Translations under genes and position numbers: made by a program
The notes under the pieces: model-generated
Databases searched by the model: none
Told to the model about the DNA's origin: nothing
The model's input: the letters and a program-made list of their open reading frames with translations, nothing else
Assembly: GCA_045593885.1 (NCBI GenBank)
Contig: JAZNXN010000006.1
Coordinates: 5,283 to 69,282, forward strand
Length of the DNA stretch: 64,000 nt
DNA from: Eubacteriales bacterium
GTDB taxonomy: Bacteria > Bacillota > Clostridia > Oscillospirales > CAG-272
Direction of reading: 5' to 3'
Part shown: positions 9,078 through 18,888 of the stretch, in pieces
How positions within the stretch are numbered: position 1 is the first letter of the stretch
How the letters are laid out: each line of letters opens with the position of its first letter

Positions 9078-9794
9078 ATGCGTCTTGACAGATTTTTGTC
9101 CGAGTGCCGTGTTTTGTCGCGCAAGGAAGCGGCGCGCGCGGTCAGGTGCGGCAGAATAACCGTTAACGGAAGGGCTGCCGAGCGCGCGGATGTGGGCGTT
9201 TTGCCCGACAGCGACGTTATCACCCTCGACGGCGTTGAAATCAGCTACAAAAAATTTATATATATAATGCTAAACAAGCCAGAGGGGTACGTCAGTGCTA
9301 CCGAGGACTCGGCTCTGCCGACAGTTGTTGAGCTATTGCCCGATAGCCTTCGCAGATTCGAGCCGTTTCCGTGCGGAAGGCTCGACCGCGATACCGTAGG
9401 CCTCATGATTCTGACAAACGACGGAGAGCTGTCGCACCTATTGCTCTCGCCGAAGCGCCACGTGACCAAGAAATACCGCTTTTGTAGCGAGGATGCGTTG
9501 CCTGCGGGCGCGGAGAGAGAGTTTGAAAACGGAGTTGTGCTTTCCGACGGATACGAGTGCAAGAGCGCGAAAATCGAGCTTGATGCTGACCGCAGGGGCG
9601 GAGTTATAACTCTCTCTGAGGGCAAGTATCATCAGATAAAGCGAATGATAGCCGCCCTCGGAAGCCGGGTTACCTATCTTGAAAGAATAGAATTTTCGGG
9701 CATCCCTCTCGATTCCTCGCTCGCACGTGGGGAGCACCGCCCTCTGACCGAGCAAGAGATTTCTACGTTAAAGGGCGCGGTCGGGCGTAAATAA
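9078..9794 (+). CDS. rsuA: S4-domain pseudouridine synthase, RsuA/RluB family
   Basis: N-terminal S4 domain (MRLDRFLSE...SRKEA...V.VNG) and catalytic GRLDRDTVGLMILTNDG motif; 238 aa. Confidence 0.8.
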   Translation: MRLDRFLSECRVLSRKEAARAVRCGRITVNGRAAERADVGVLPDSDVITLDGVEISYKKFIYIMLNKPEGYVSATEDSALPTVVELLPDSLRRFEPFPCGRLDRDTVGLMILTNDGELSHLLLSPKRHVTKKYRFCSEDALPAGAEREFENGVVLSDGYECKSAKIELDADRRGGVITLSEGKYHQIKRMIAALGSRVTYLERIEFSGIPLDSSLARGEHRPLTEQEISTLKGAVGRK

Positions 9795-9852
9795 AGGCAG
9801 TTGGCAGTAATACTGCAAAAACATATAACCCTATGCTGTAAAGGAGTACAAA

Positions 9853-12024
9853 ATGGACATTATCAAGACAATTGCACAGGAGCTTGGGCTCAAGGATGAG
9901 CAGGTTGAGAAAACCGTTGCGCTCATTGACGAGGGTAACACCATACCCTTCATCGCGCGTTACCGTAAGGAGGTTACGGGCAGCCTTGACGATATAACGC
10001 TCCGCACACTCGAGGAAAGACTGAACTATCTTCGCAAATTTAACGAGCGCCGCGATGAGATATCCAAGCTCATTGACGAGCAGGGCAAGCTCACACCGGA
10101 AATCACTCACGCGCTGAGCTTGGCGAAAACTCTGGTCGAGCTTGAGGACATTTACCGTCCCTACAAGCCCAAGAGAAAAACGCGCGCATCGGTTGCAAGA
10201 GAGAAGGGACTTGAGCCTCTGGCACTCGCCATTATGGAGCAGAGAGATAGCTACGAGCCGTCGATTGAGGAGATGGCGAAGGACTTTATTTCCGACACCG
10301 AGGGCAAGGAGGTAAAGAGCGCAGAGGAAGCAATTGCAGGTGCTATGGATATAATCGCGGAGGATATTTCCGATTCCGCGGAGATAAGAAAGGCTCTGCG
10401 CGAGAGCGCATTTGAAAATGGCGAAATAGTCACCGAGAAGGCGAAGGATGAGCCGTCGGTTTACGAGGGCTACTATGAATACCGCGAGGCAGTAAAGAAA
10501 ATACCCTCGCACAGAATACTCGCCGTTAACCGCGGCGAGAAGGAGGATTTCCTCAAGGTATCGCTTGAGGTTAACGAGGCGGCGCAGTTAGCTATCATCA
10601 GCTCGCGCATCGTTACAAACGACAAATCCCCCGCAGTAAAGATAATAATGGATACAATAAAGGACAGCTACGAGAGGCTGATATTCCCCTCACTCGAGCG
10701 CGAGATACGCAGCGAGCTGTTCGATAACGCGTGCGAGGGTGCAATCAAGGTATTTACCGAGAATCTGCGTAACCTTCTGCTCGTGTCGCCCCTGAAGGGC
10801 AAGACGGTGCTCGGCTACGACCCCGGCTTCCGTACGGGCTGCAAGCTCGCGGTTGTTGACAAGACGGGTAAGGTGCTCGACACCGCAGTTATCTACCCCA
10901 CCGAGCCGAGAAAGGACATTATTGGCTCAAAGAGGGTTGTGCTTAACCTCATCAGAAAATACGGAATCGACGTTGTTGCTATCGGAAACGGAACGGCATC
11001 ACGCGAGAGCGAGCTGTTTATCGCCGACACGATTAAGGAGTGCGAGGGCGTTAAGTACGCGATAGTAAACGAGGCAGGGGCATCGGTTTATTCCGCATCC
11101 AAGGCGGGCGCGGAGGAATTCCCCGACTTCGACGTTACCGAGAGAAGCGCGGTATCAATCGCGCGCAGGCTTCAGGACCCTCTGGCAGAGCTTGTTAAGA
11201 TAGAGCCAAAGGCGATAGGTGTCGGTCAGTATCAGCACGATATGAAGCCTGCAAGGCTTGACGAGGCACTCGGCGGTGTCGTCGAGGGCTGCGTTAACAG
11301 CGTTGGCGTTGACCTCAATACCGCATCCTATTCACTTCTGTCCTATATTTCGGGAATAAGCACTGCGGCGGCTAAAAACATCGTTGCATACCGCGAGGAA
11401 AACGGTGAGTTCAAGAGCCGTTCACAGCTTCTCAAGGTGCCAAAGATTGGTAACAAGGCGTTTGAGCAGTGTGCAGGATTTCTGCGTGTCACCAACTCGA
11501 AGGAGATTCTCGACAACACTGGCGTTCACCCCGAATCCTATGAGATAACCAAGAATTTGCTTGAAAAATTCGACTTCACTAAGGAGGACGTCAAGGCGGG
11601 AGAGATAAACACCCTGCGCTTCAAGGTAACGAAGTACGGTATGCAGAGAGTCTGCGACGAGCTCGGCTGCGGCGAGCCTACTCTGCTCGATATTATCGGC
11701 GAGCTTGAGAAGCCCGGACGCGATATCCGCGACACCGCGCCTGCGCCCGTTCTGCGCGCTGACGTTCTTGACATCAAGGACTTAAAGCCGGATATGCTTC
11801 TGAAGGGAACGGTGAGAAACGTAGTTGATTTCGGCGCGTTCGTTGACATCGGAGTTCATCACGACGGACTTCTGCACATCTCCGAGATGAGCGAGAGCTT
11901 CGTCAAGAGGGCAAGCGACGTGGTATCCGTCGGCGACGTTATCGAGGTACGAATCAAGAGCGTTGATTTGCAGAAGTGCAGGATTGCACTCTCACGCAGA
12001 AATATGGCGGTAGTTACCGAATAA
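9853..12024 (+). CDS. tex: Tex-like transcription accessory protein (YqgF/HHH/S1 domains)
   Basis: IPFIARYRKE N-terminus, YqgF-like core, C-terminal S1 domain (GTVRNVVDFGAFVDIG...GLLHISE); 723 aa. Confidence 0.9.
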   Translation: MDIIKTIAQELGLKDEQVEKTVALIDEGNTIPFIARYRKEVTGSLDDITLRTLEERLNYLRKFNERRDEISKLIDEQGKLTPEITHALSLAKTLVELEDIYRPYKPKRKTRASVAREKGLEPLALAIMEQRDSYEPSIEEMAKDFISDTEGKEVKSAEEAIAGAMDIIAEDISDSAEIRKALRESAFENGEIVTEKAKDEPSVYEGYYEYREAVKKIPSHRILAVNRGEKEDFLKVSLEVNEAAQLAIISSRIVTNDKSPAVKIIMDTIKDSYERLIFPSLEREIRSELFDNACEGAIKVFTENLRNLLLVSPLKGKTVLGYDPGFRTGCKLAVVDKTGKVLDTAVIYPTEPRKDIIGSKRVVLNLIRKYGIDVVAIGNGTASRESELFIADTIKECEGVKYAIVNEAGASVYSASKAGAEEFPDFDVTERSAVSIARRLQDPLAELVKIEPKAIGVGQYQHDMKPARLDEALGGVVEGCVNSVGVDLNTASYSLLSYISGISTAAAKNIVAYREENGEFKSRSQLLKVPKIGNKAFEQCAGFLRVTNSKEILDNTGVHPESYEITKNLLEKFDFTKEDVKAGEINTLRFKVTKYGMQRVCDELGCGEPTLLDIIGELEKPGRDIRDTAPAPVLRADVLDIKDLKPDMLLKGTVRNVVDFGAFVDIGVHHDGLLHISEMSESFVKRASDVVSVGDVIEVRIKSVDLQKCRIALSRRNMAVVTE

Positions 12025-12057
12025 TATTAAATTATCCCCTGAATATGGGGTGAGAGG

Positions 12058-12084
12058 AGCCAAGGCGTGTGCTTTGGCTTTTCT
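12058..12084 (+). terminator. intrinsic terminator after tex
   Basis: GCCAAGG-cgtgtg-CTTTGGC followed by TTTTC. Confidence 0.55.
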
Positions 12085-12258
12085 AATTTATTAGAATAGT
12101 TGCCATCAAGTATTGCCGAAAAATTTCCAAAACGGCTCAAAATTGTGCATATTGTACAAAAATAAGGGGGAAAGTTTGTTAAGTTAAACCCTTTCATTTG
12201 TCGATAAAATGTGGTACAATATCTAATGTAAAAAAATATATTTTAAGGAGAATTAAAA

Positions 12259-13392
12259 ATGTCCAGCCTTTCGCTCAAACACATTTACAAGAAATATCCC
12301 GGCGGCGTTACCGCTGTTTCGGATTTCAATCTTGAAATCAAGGACAAGGAATTTATCATCTTCGTCGGCCCCTCCGGATGCGGTAAGTCCACGACTCTTC
12401 GTATGATTGCAGGTCTTGAGGAAATCACCGAGGGCGAGCTCTTCATCGGTGACACGCTCGTTAACGATATCGCACCTAAGGACAGAGATATCGCGATGGT
12501 TTTCCAGAACTACGCTCTTTATCCTCATATGTCGGTATTCGACAATATGGCGTTCGGTCTTAAGCTCCGTAAGGTTCCCAAGGAGGAAATCAAGCGCCGC
12601 GTTGAAGAGGCAGCTAAGATACTCGATATTGCACACCTTCTCGACAGAAAGCCGAAGGCTATGTCGGGTGGTCAGAAGCAGCGTGTTGCGCTCGGCCGTG
12701 CTATTGTTCGTAATCCTAAGGTATTCTTGCTCGACGAGCCTCTCTCAAACCTCGATGCTAAGCTCCGTGCTGCCATGAGAACCGAGATTACCAAGCTCCA
12801 CAAGAACCTCGGAACAACCTTCATCTACGTTACTCACGACCAGGTCGAGGCTATGACCATGGCAACCCGTATCGTTGTTATGAAGGAGGGTGTAATCCAG
12901 CAGGTTGACACCCCTCAGACTCTCTACGATTATCCCGTTAACCTCTTCGTTGCTTCCTTCATAGGAACACCTCAGATGAACTTCATCACAGGTAAGCTTG
13001 AGGCTAAGGGCAACGACCTCTACGTAACCTTTGCTTCCAACTCAATTAAGCTCCCGCCTGAGAAGGCTAACTGCCCTGAGCTCAAGGAGTATATCGGTCA
13101 GGAGGTTATAATGGGTATCCGTCCTGAGAACATTCACGACGAGCCTATGTACCTCGCTAACTTCCCCGACAGCACTATCAGCGCAACTGTTGACGTAACC
13201 GAGCTTATGGGTGCTGAGATATATCTCTATCTCGCATTCGACGGTCAGGAGGATGCAACCAACGGCAAGAACATTATTGCAAGAGTTTCGTCGCGTTCTC
13301 AGTCCAGAGCAGGCGATTCCATTAAGGTAGCGGTTGACGCGTCCAGAATTCACATATTCGACAAGGACACCGAGCGCTGCATCGTTCACTGA
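12259..13392 (+). CDS. sugar ABC transporter ATP-binding protein (MsmX/MalK/UgpC type), not next to any permease gene
   Basis: [14 protein letters not shown]-like [24 protein letters not shown], and a C-terminal MalK-like regulatory domain. Confidence 0.9.
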   Translation: MSSLSLKHIYKKYPGGVTAVSDFNLEIKDKEFIIFVGPSGCGKSTTLRMIAGLEEITEGELFIGDTLVNDIAPKDRDIAMVFQNYALYPHMSVFDNMAFGLKLRKVPKEEIKRRVEEAAKILDIAHLLDRKPKAMSGGQKQRVALGRAIVRNPKVFLLDEPLSNLDAKLRAAMRTEITKLHKNLGTTFIYVTHDQVEAMTMATRIVVMKEGVIQQVDTPQTLYDYPVNLFVASFIGTPQMNFITGKLEAKGNDLYVTFASNSIKLPPEKANCPELKEYIGQEVIMGIRPENIHDEPMYLANFPDSTISATVDVTELMGAEIYLYLAFDGQEDATNGKNIIARVSSRSQSRAGDSIKVAVDASRIHIFDKDTERCIVH

Positions 13393-13404
13393 TAATAGCA
13401 TTTC

Positions 13405-13431
13405 AAAAAGAGCCCTCTCGGGCTCTTTTTA
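13405..13431 (+). terminator. intrinsic terminator
   Basis: AAAAAGAGCCC-tctc-GGGCTCTTTTT. Confidence 0.75.
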
Positions 13432-13534
13432 TTTGACAAATTATCTATGAAGAATACGCAGAGATTTTTGAGCAAAAACCGACGTTCTTCATCCCGAAGT
13501 CGTATTTAATACTGCGGGAGAATGAAAAAGACGC

Positions 13535-13563
13535 AAAAAAGAGCTCCGATTGGAGCTCTTTTC
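13535..13563. terminator. orphan bidirectional terminator-like hairpin in a convergent intergenic region
   Basis: AAAAAA-GAGCTCC-gatt-GGAGCTC-TTTT. It is not adjacent to any called gene. Confidence 0.4.
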
Positions 13564-13666
13564 GTTTCTGTCAAAAAGGCAAAGCATTAATGCGATGGGA
13601 ATTTGATGCAAAATGTGTCTTGTTGTGTTGCCACTGTATAGAATACTGCAAGGCATAACAAAACAC

Positions 13667-13703
13667 ATAAAAGCCGCTTGGAAAACCAAGCGGCCTTGTT
13701 TTG
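13667..13703 (-). terminator. terminator of the beta-helix lipoprotein gene
   Basis: GCCGCTTGG-aaaa-CCAAGCGGC with flanking A/T runs. Confidence 0.65.
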
Positions 13704-13720
13704 CACAAATTATCTAAGCA

Positions 13721-16639
13721 TTAATCGAGGTTGCAGCCGACTTTGGACAAATCCAGCATCTCAAACTCCGCAACCCACTCGTAGCCCTCCATATATGCAA
13801 GGTCTGCGAGGTAGTCGAGAATGTCGGAGCTGTATTCGCCGTCCTCAAACAGCTCAACGTCCATCATACCGTCATAGAAATTCTCTGCCTTTACGTGCAC
13901 TGCATCCCATACCGATTTATCGGTTGAGAAGTTGTTGTAGGTATTGATGGAGATGTTATTGCGATAAACACCGTGGTAGCCGTCACCCCAGTAGTAGTAA
14001 CGTCCCATCATCTCAAACCCATTCGTCCATGCGCCTGTGTCGTTGCCTGAGGAATCAGCCCACTTGCTGTACTCCCACTCAAACGTATCCTCGTTGTAGG
14101 TGTAGATAGGCATATAGAATTTATCAATGCTGATAGCAGAACCCATCGTATCAGTGTCAAAGTAGGATACCGAGCAGATGGCGGGATTAATCTGCTCAGA
14201 TGCCCTCAGCTGTCCGTATTCATAGAGGAAGTCTGCGAGCTCTGCTATGCTCTCCCAACCCGTGAACTTAGCACCTGCGGTGAGATTCTTGCCGTCGTAC
14301 TGACCGTCAAGAGTCTTATTGAGTGTTACGGTGATGTATTTTGCGTTATCATCGCGGATAACGTTTGAGCCGCCGTCGTTTCTGAGAAGATTGGAATTAA
14401 CGGCAATACCGTTTCCGTATATGTCGTAGAAGGACTTGTCGGAGTTGAGATAGATAAGCATATCGTACTGGAAGCGTCCGTCCTCAACGTCCTCGAAGAA
14501 ATCTGCCCAGGCATCGCCGATTCCCGATTCCTGAATGTGCGACCAGATAGCATCAGTCTTCACAGTGAAGGAGCTGTTGACGTCACGCCACCACCAGAAG
14601 TTACTCTCGCCCATATCGGTTGAGCTCATCATGACACGCTCGCCCGTGTTGAATATGAAATTGTCGTGAACGAGCGCCGCCTTCATCTTACCGAAGATAG
14701 TAGCCTTCGAATACTCACCGTCCCAGAGATTGTAGAGAAGGTTGTGGTGTATTGTGTAGCCCGAGCCGTAGCCGTCATCGTAGAAGATGTTAGAGCCCCA
14801 GTTAGGATAGTTGATACCGATATCGTGAATCTTGTTGTATCTTACAACGATACCGACCTGAGTTGCGTTATCCGAGAGCTGATAGAAAAGACCAACGTCG
14901 TCGGTTTCACGGATAAACTCGTAGATATCGTTATACTCGAATATCAGGTTTGCCGCTCCCTTCCATGAGAACGCGCCGTGCTTGCCGTGGTGGATCGAGT
15001 TCTGACGTATAGTAACACCGCTGAGACGTGATAAGTAGATTGCCCATGAATATGAATAGTGTCTGGACGCAATATCGTGAATATCGCAGTTCTGGATAAG
15101 GATATTTGCGTGCTCCATTTCCTCGGTGCCCTTAGGATTGCAGGTGTTGCGAATATCAATAGCACCCATACCGAGCTCGAATATATGGCAGGAGTCGATT
15201 GTGAGACTCGGCGTATTATCTGCACATATAGCCCTATCAGCGCAATGCGCGATGGTACATCCGATAAAGGAAACGTTAGAGGAATTCTTGATGCTGACGA
15301 GGTTGTTCTGACCGTACATAATGTCAACTCCAAGGAAGGTTACGTTGTTAGCACCGTCACCGACGATAACGTCATTTTGCGCGGTAGCAACGTAAAGATC
15401 TGAGGTATCGGGGTTCTGTCCGAGGTAGAGATAGAGCATCTGCGACGCGTGGTCGTAATAGTACTCACCCTCAAGGTCGATGGCCTCAAGAACATTCATT
15501 ATATAATAGGTGCGGTAGGTGGGGTTACCCGTATTGGTATCGTCTCCGCCGAGCTCACTGTTGTAGTTCCTACCCCTATCGGTCTTGAAATACGCATAGT
15601 AGGAGTTGTTTCCGCCGGGATTGAAGGGCTCGTCATAGGTTTCAAAGCCGACAATCTGATGGATAAGGTCGTCCCAGCTGTTACCGAAGAAGTTGAAGAG
15701 AAGTCCCTCCTGGTTGGCAAAGTCCCAATCGTGAATGGTTTCATAGGTTTCGTTGGTTACCCAGATGTTCATAGGCGCGGTCTTGTAGAAGCCGAGAGCA
15801 CCCATCTCACTGACGGTGTACCAATCGGTGACACCGTTTCTGTCAGTGTACTCATAGTTTATGTAGGTGGTAAAGAGCCAGCCTGCAAGGTCATAGCCGA
15901 ATTCCTCGGCATCCTTCGAATACTCGCCGTGGTTCGGGAAACGCGCGGGCTGAAGGTTGGAGTTTCCGTTATAGAACTGTACCGCATCATAGCTGGATAT
16001 CGTAGAGGAGCCAACCGTTGCTTTCGGCACGCCCGCATCGTTGAATATCGAGGTAAGTGTATCTGAGAAGTCGGACACGTCAATTGCAAGCAGGTAGGGA
16101 GCAATTTCGGGACTGACGAGGTCGAGCACCTTTTTGTTATCCTTACCTACCACGTGGCTTTCGTTTGCATAGGTGATATTCTGCTGACCTATTCTCATAC
16201 CGCCGAGGATTCTCGCCCTGCCGCCGCCTACGGTAGCATAGTAAACCTTGTTACTCTTGCTTCCGAGCGCGGGAAGGTTGAAGGAATCGGCCATATAGTA
16301 ATCGCCGTCATCCATAGCTATAATGACGTCATCCTCGCCGCCGCCGTTGACGTAGTCAAGAGCCGCCTGAGTTGCGTGCTCGAGAGTCGCAAACGCCTTA
16401 TCCGCGGCGGTTCCGTCGTTTGAATCAAGGCCGCTGTTCGAGGAAACGTAGATATAATGTACGTTCTCGGTGGGGAGCATAGTGCTGTAATCCTTGTAGC
16501 CGTCAAGGTTTGCTCCCACAGTTGTGGTTGTGCTGCCCTCGGTGGTGGTAGTCGCTGTCGGATCGTCAACATCACCGACACAAGCAACAAGCGACATAAG
16601 CATCACAAGGCATAAAACAATGCAAAGTAGTTTTTTCAT
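13721..16639 (-). CDS. large secreted lipoprotein with parallel beta-helix (pectate-lyase-fold) repeats
   Basis: Start moved to ATG 16639 (AGGAG RBS). Signal peptide MKKLLCIVLCLVMLMSLVAC with a lipobox. Repeated ...NVTFLGVDI.., NVSFIGCTIAH.., LTIDSCHIF.., ILIQNCDIHDI.., VTIRQNSIHH.. units typical of right-handed beta-helix proteins. Confidence 0.75.
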   Translation of the reverse strand: MKKLLCIVLCLVMLMSLVACVGDVDDPTATTTTEGSTTTTVGANLDGYKDYSTMLPTENVHYIYVSSNSGLDSNDGTAADKAFATLEHATQAALDYVNGGGEDDVIIAMDDGDYYMADSFNLPALGSKSNKVYYATVGGGRARILGGMRIGQQNITYANESHVVGKDNKKVLDLVSPEIAPYLLAIDVSDFSDTLTSIFNDAGVPKATVGSSTISSYDAVQFYNGNSNLQPARFPNHGEYSKDAEEFGYDLAGWLFTTYINYEYTDRNGVTDWYTVSEMGALGFYKTAPMNIWVTNETYETIHDWDFANQEGLLFNFFGNSWDDLIHQIVGFETYDEPFNPGGNNSYYAYFKTDRGRNYNSELGGDDTNTGNPTYRTYYIMNVLEAIDLEGEYYYDHASQMLYLYLGQNPDTSDLYVATAQNDVIVGDGANNVTFLGVDIMYGQNNLVSIKNSSNVSFIGCTIAHCADRAICADNTPSLTIDSCHIFELGMGAIDIRNTCNPKGTEEMEHANILIQNCDIHDIASRHYSYSWAIYLSRLSGVTIRQNSIHHGKHGAFSWKGAANLIFEYNDIYEFIRETDDVGLFYQLSDNATQVGIVVRYNKIHDIGINYPNWGSNIFYDDGYGSGYTIHHNLLYNLWDGEYSKATIFGKMKAALVHDNFIFNTGERVMMSSTDMGESNFWWWRDVNSSFTVKTDAIWSHIQESGIGDAWADFFEDVEDGRFQYDMLIYLNSDKSFYDIYGNGIAVNSNLLRNDGGSNVIRDDNAKYITVTLNKTLDGQYDGKNLTAGAKFTGWESIAELADFLYEYGQLRASEQINPAICSVSYFDTDTMGSAISIDKFYMPIYTYNEDTFEWEYSKWADSSGNDTGAWTNGFEMMGRYYYWGDGYHGVYRNNISINTYNNFSTDKSVWDAVHVKAENFYDGMMDVELFEDGEYSSDILDYLADLAYMEGYEWVAEFEMLDLSKVGCNLD

Positions 16640-16685
16640 ATTTTTCTCCTTTTCGCAAAATAAACTTATAAAAATTTGCAATTAT

Positions 16686-16714
16686 ATTATATCATTTACA
16701 GAGCATAAAGTCAA
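16686..16714 (-). promoter_or_regulatory. promoter TTGACT-17-TATAAT for the lipoprotein gene
   Basis: Minus strand: -35 at 16714-16709, -10 at 16691-16686. Confidence 0.55.
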
Positions 16715-16842
16715 CCGAAAAGCCCTCGGCGTTTTCTACAAACTTTCGGGGCAATTTTTGTGCATAATAAACTACCAGCGCCCTTTTTTTGCAATTCAGA
16801 GGCGTTCTTTGCGTCCTTTCACGCCCATAGTAGCAACCAACA

Positions 16843-16875
16843 GAAAAGGAGCGCCTGTCATACACAGGACGCTCC
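16843..16875 (-). terminator. terminator after abrB
   Basis: GGAGCGTCCTGT-gtatg-ACAGGCGCTCC followed by TTTT on the minus strand. Confidence 0.65.
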
Positions 16876-16895
16876 TTGAATACTATTTAACAGTA

Positions 16896-17150
16896 TTAAA
16901 CCATTCTCTTGATTTTTTCCGCACATACTGCACAGACGTTTTTTTCGCCTATCTCAAAAAGCTCTCTCTCGGAATCGCAGAGGCAGCAGGAAAGCGACTT
17001 GCGGCGAAGCTGGATAGCGTTACCGACAAGGCTGATTTCAAGGTTGTCGCCCTCTTTGATATCAAGAGTTCTTCTGATTTCCATAGGAATAACTATTCTG
17101 CCAAGCTTGTCTATTCCGCGGAACATACCCGTCTTTTCCATTCTATTCAT
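16896..17150 (-). CDS. abrB: AbrB/SpoVT-family transition-state regulator with Cys-rich C-terminal tail
   Basis: GMFRGIDKLGRIVIPMEIRRTLDIKEGDNLEI matches the swapped-hairpin AbrB N-domain. The tail is CCLCDSEREL...VCAVC. Confidence 0.85.
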   Translation of the reverse strand: MNRMEKTGMFRGIDKLGRIVIPMEIRRTLDIKEGDNLEISLVGNAIQLRRKSLSCCLCDSERELFEIGEKNVCAVCAEKIKRMV

Positions 17151-17293
17151 CCTTTCGTCCTTATATTGATTGCTCGCCCAAAAAAGAGGGACGAGCTGTT
17201 TAGCCTCTCAATTATAGCACACTTTTTTGATTTGTCAAGATGTTTTTGACAAATTATAGAAAATTTTGCAAAAATTTGGTAAAAGGAGTCGAA

Positions 17294-18172
17294 ATGATTA
17301 TCAGTCAAAAGCTTTGCGAATTGATTGACACTCTACCCCAGCCTGTCGGGCGAGAAATAATACGAGTGGCAGAAAACTATTCGGATTTTGAGCGTCGGCT
17401 GTCGGAGATACGGATTCGGGCGGATAGGATATGCACTCTGACGCTCGATATGCACGCGGTAGCGCTCGGTGTGAGTGTGAGCGCAAAAGAGCTTGCCGAA
17501 TGTGTGAGGGCGCTGTGCAAAAACTCGGTTTATGCGTACAGCGAGAGTCTTGCCCAGGGCTTCATTACGACAGACGGCGGATTTCGCGTAGGAATTGCCG
17601 GACGGGCTCTGTGCGAGAGAGGGGCTGTGTACGGTGTCACCGACGTAAGCTCGATATCGGTGCGCGTGCCGCATAATGTAGAGGGGGCGGGAGATGCGAT
17701 AGTTGAGGCATGGCAGAAATGCCGAGGGGGTGTGCTGGTATATTCGCTCCCCGGAGTAGGAAAAACCACCGCCCTGCGCGATGCGTCGGCGCAGCTATCG
17801 TCGGGGAGGGCACCGCTGCGCGTGGCAATCGTGGACAGCCGAGGGGAATTTCCATCCTCACTTATTGATGCGCGCTCTGCGGTTGATATACTTACAGGAT
17901 ATCCGAGGGCTGCGGGAATAGAGATTGCCACGCGCACCCTCTCACCCGATGTTATAATATGCGACGAAATCGGCGGAGCCGACGAGGCGGCGGCAATTCT
18001 CGGCGTGCAGAGTGCAGGGGTTGCGCTGATAGCATCCGCGCACGCGGGGAGCTTTACCGAGCTGATGAGCCGCAGGGCGATAAAAATTCTATCATCAAAC
18101 GGCATATTCGGTGCATATATTGGTGTGAGCCGAGAGAACGGCTCGTACGCATACAGGACTGAATTTATTTAG
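17294..18172 (+). CDS. spoIIIAA: stage III sporulation protein AA (ATPase)
   Basis: Walker A LPGVGKTTALRD, Walker B VIICDEIG. First gene of an 8-gene run with the spoIIIA order and sizes. ATG 17294 follows AAAGGAG. Confidence 0.85.
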   Translation: MIISQKLCELIDTLPQPVGREIIRVAENYSDFERRLSEIRIRADRICTLTLDMHAVALGVSVSAKELAECVRALCKNSVYAYSESLAQGFITTDGGFRVGIAGRALCERGAVYGVTDVSSISVRVPHNVEGAGDAIVEAWQKCRGGVLVYSLPGVGKTTALRDASAQLSSGRAPLRVAIVDSRGEFPSSLIDARSAVDILTGYPRAAGIEIATRTLSPDVIICDEIGGADEAAAILGVQSAGVALIASAHAGSFTELMSRRAIKILSSNGIFGAYIGVSRENGSYAYRTEFI

Positions 18173-18190
18173 TATCATCGGAGGTAATTT

Positions 18191-18676
18191 ATGCTGATTA
18201 AATGGATAGGAATTTTTCTTCTCGCGGCGGCAACGCTCTATATCGCCCTTGACCTTGCCCGCTCGTGCAGACAAAGAACCAGACAGACTGAGGCAATACT
18301 GCTTCTTATCCGTCACGTGAGGGCGAAAATCAGCTGCTTTTCAACACCCGTCGGTGAAATTCTTGCGGATTTTGAAAATGAGGTGCTTGAGCGCTCGGGT
18401 ATTCTTCCGTCAGCGAGAGAAAACGGACTTGCCGCTGCGGTCAGGGCGGCGAGCGAGCGCGGCTGTATATCAAGAGCGCAGGCGGATATGCTGTCGGATA
18501 TGTGGGGACAGCTCGGAGGCGGCTACCGCGAGGAAGCAGTAAAGATCTGCGATTACTATATTTCGGAATTTGAGAGCACGCTTTCTCACGAAAGAGAGGA
18601 GCATCCGAGAATGGCACGCCTTCTGCGAGGGGTTGTGCTGACAGGCGGAGCAATGCTCATAATAGTTCTCATATAG
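18191..18676 (+). CDS. spoIIIAB: stage III sporulation protein AB
   Basis: 161 aa with N- and C-terminal TM helices; position in the operon. Confidence 0.8.
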   Translation: MLIKWIGIFLLAAATLYIALDLARSCRQRTRQTEAILLLIRHVRAKISCFSTPVGEILADFENEVLERSGILPSARENGLAAAVRAASERGCISRAQADMLSDMWGQLGGGYREEAVKICDYYISEFESTLSHEREEHPRMARLLRGVVLTGGAMLIIVLI

Positions 18677-18693
18677 ATTTGGAGGATAAAGGA

Positions 18694-18888
18694 ATGGACG
18701 TAGGGCTCGTGTTAAAGGTTGCAGGGGTGGGAATGCTGGTTACCGTGGCGTATCAGATACTGAGCAAGGCGGGGCGTGACGAGCAGGCTATGCTTGTATC
18801 CCTGTCGGGAATAATAATAGTTCTTTTAATGCTGATAGGAGAGATAGGGGGACTCATCGAAACGGTGAGGGCGGTATTCGGGCTATGA
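18694..18888 (+). CDS. spoIIIAC: stage III sporulation protein AC
   Basis: 64-aa two-TM protein MDVGLVLKVAGVGMLV...; ATG 18694 follows GGAGG. Confidence 0.85.
   Translation: MDVGLVLKVAGVGMLVTVAYQILSKAGRDEQAMLVSLSGIIIVLLMLIGEIGGLIETVRAVFGL

Noticed and set aside
16524-17249. A 241-aa plus-strand ORF spanning the lipoprotein 5' end, the intergenic region and abrB in antisense.
   Set aside because: It crosses a promoter, a terminator and two well-supported genes on the other strand, and has no RBS.
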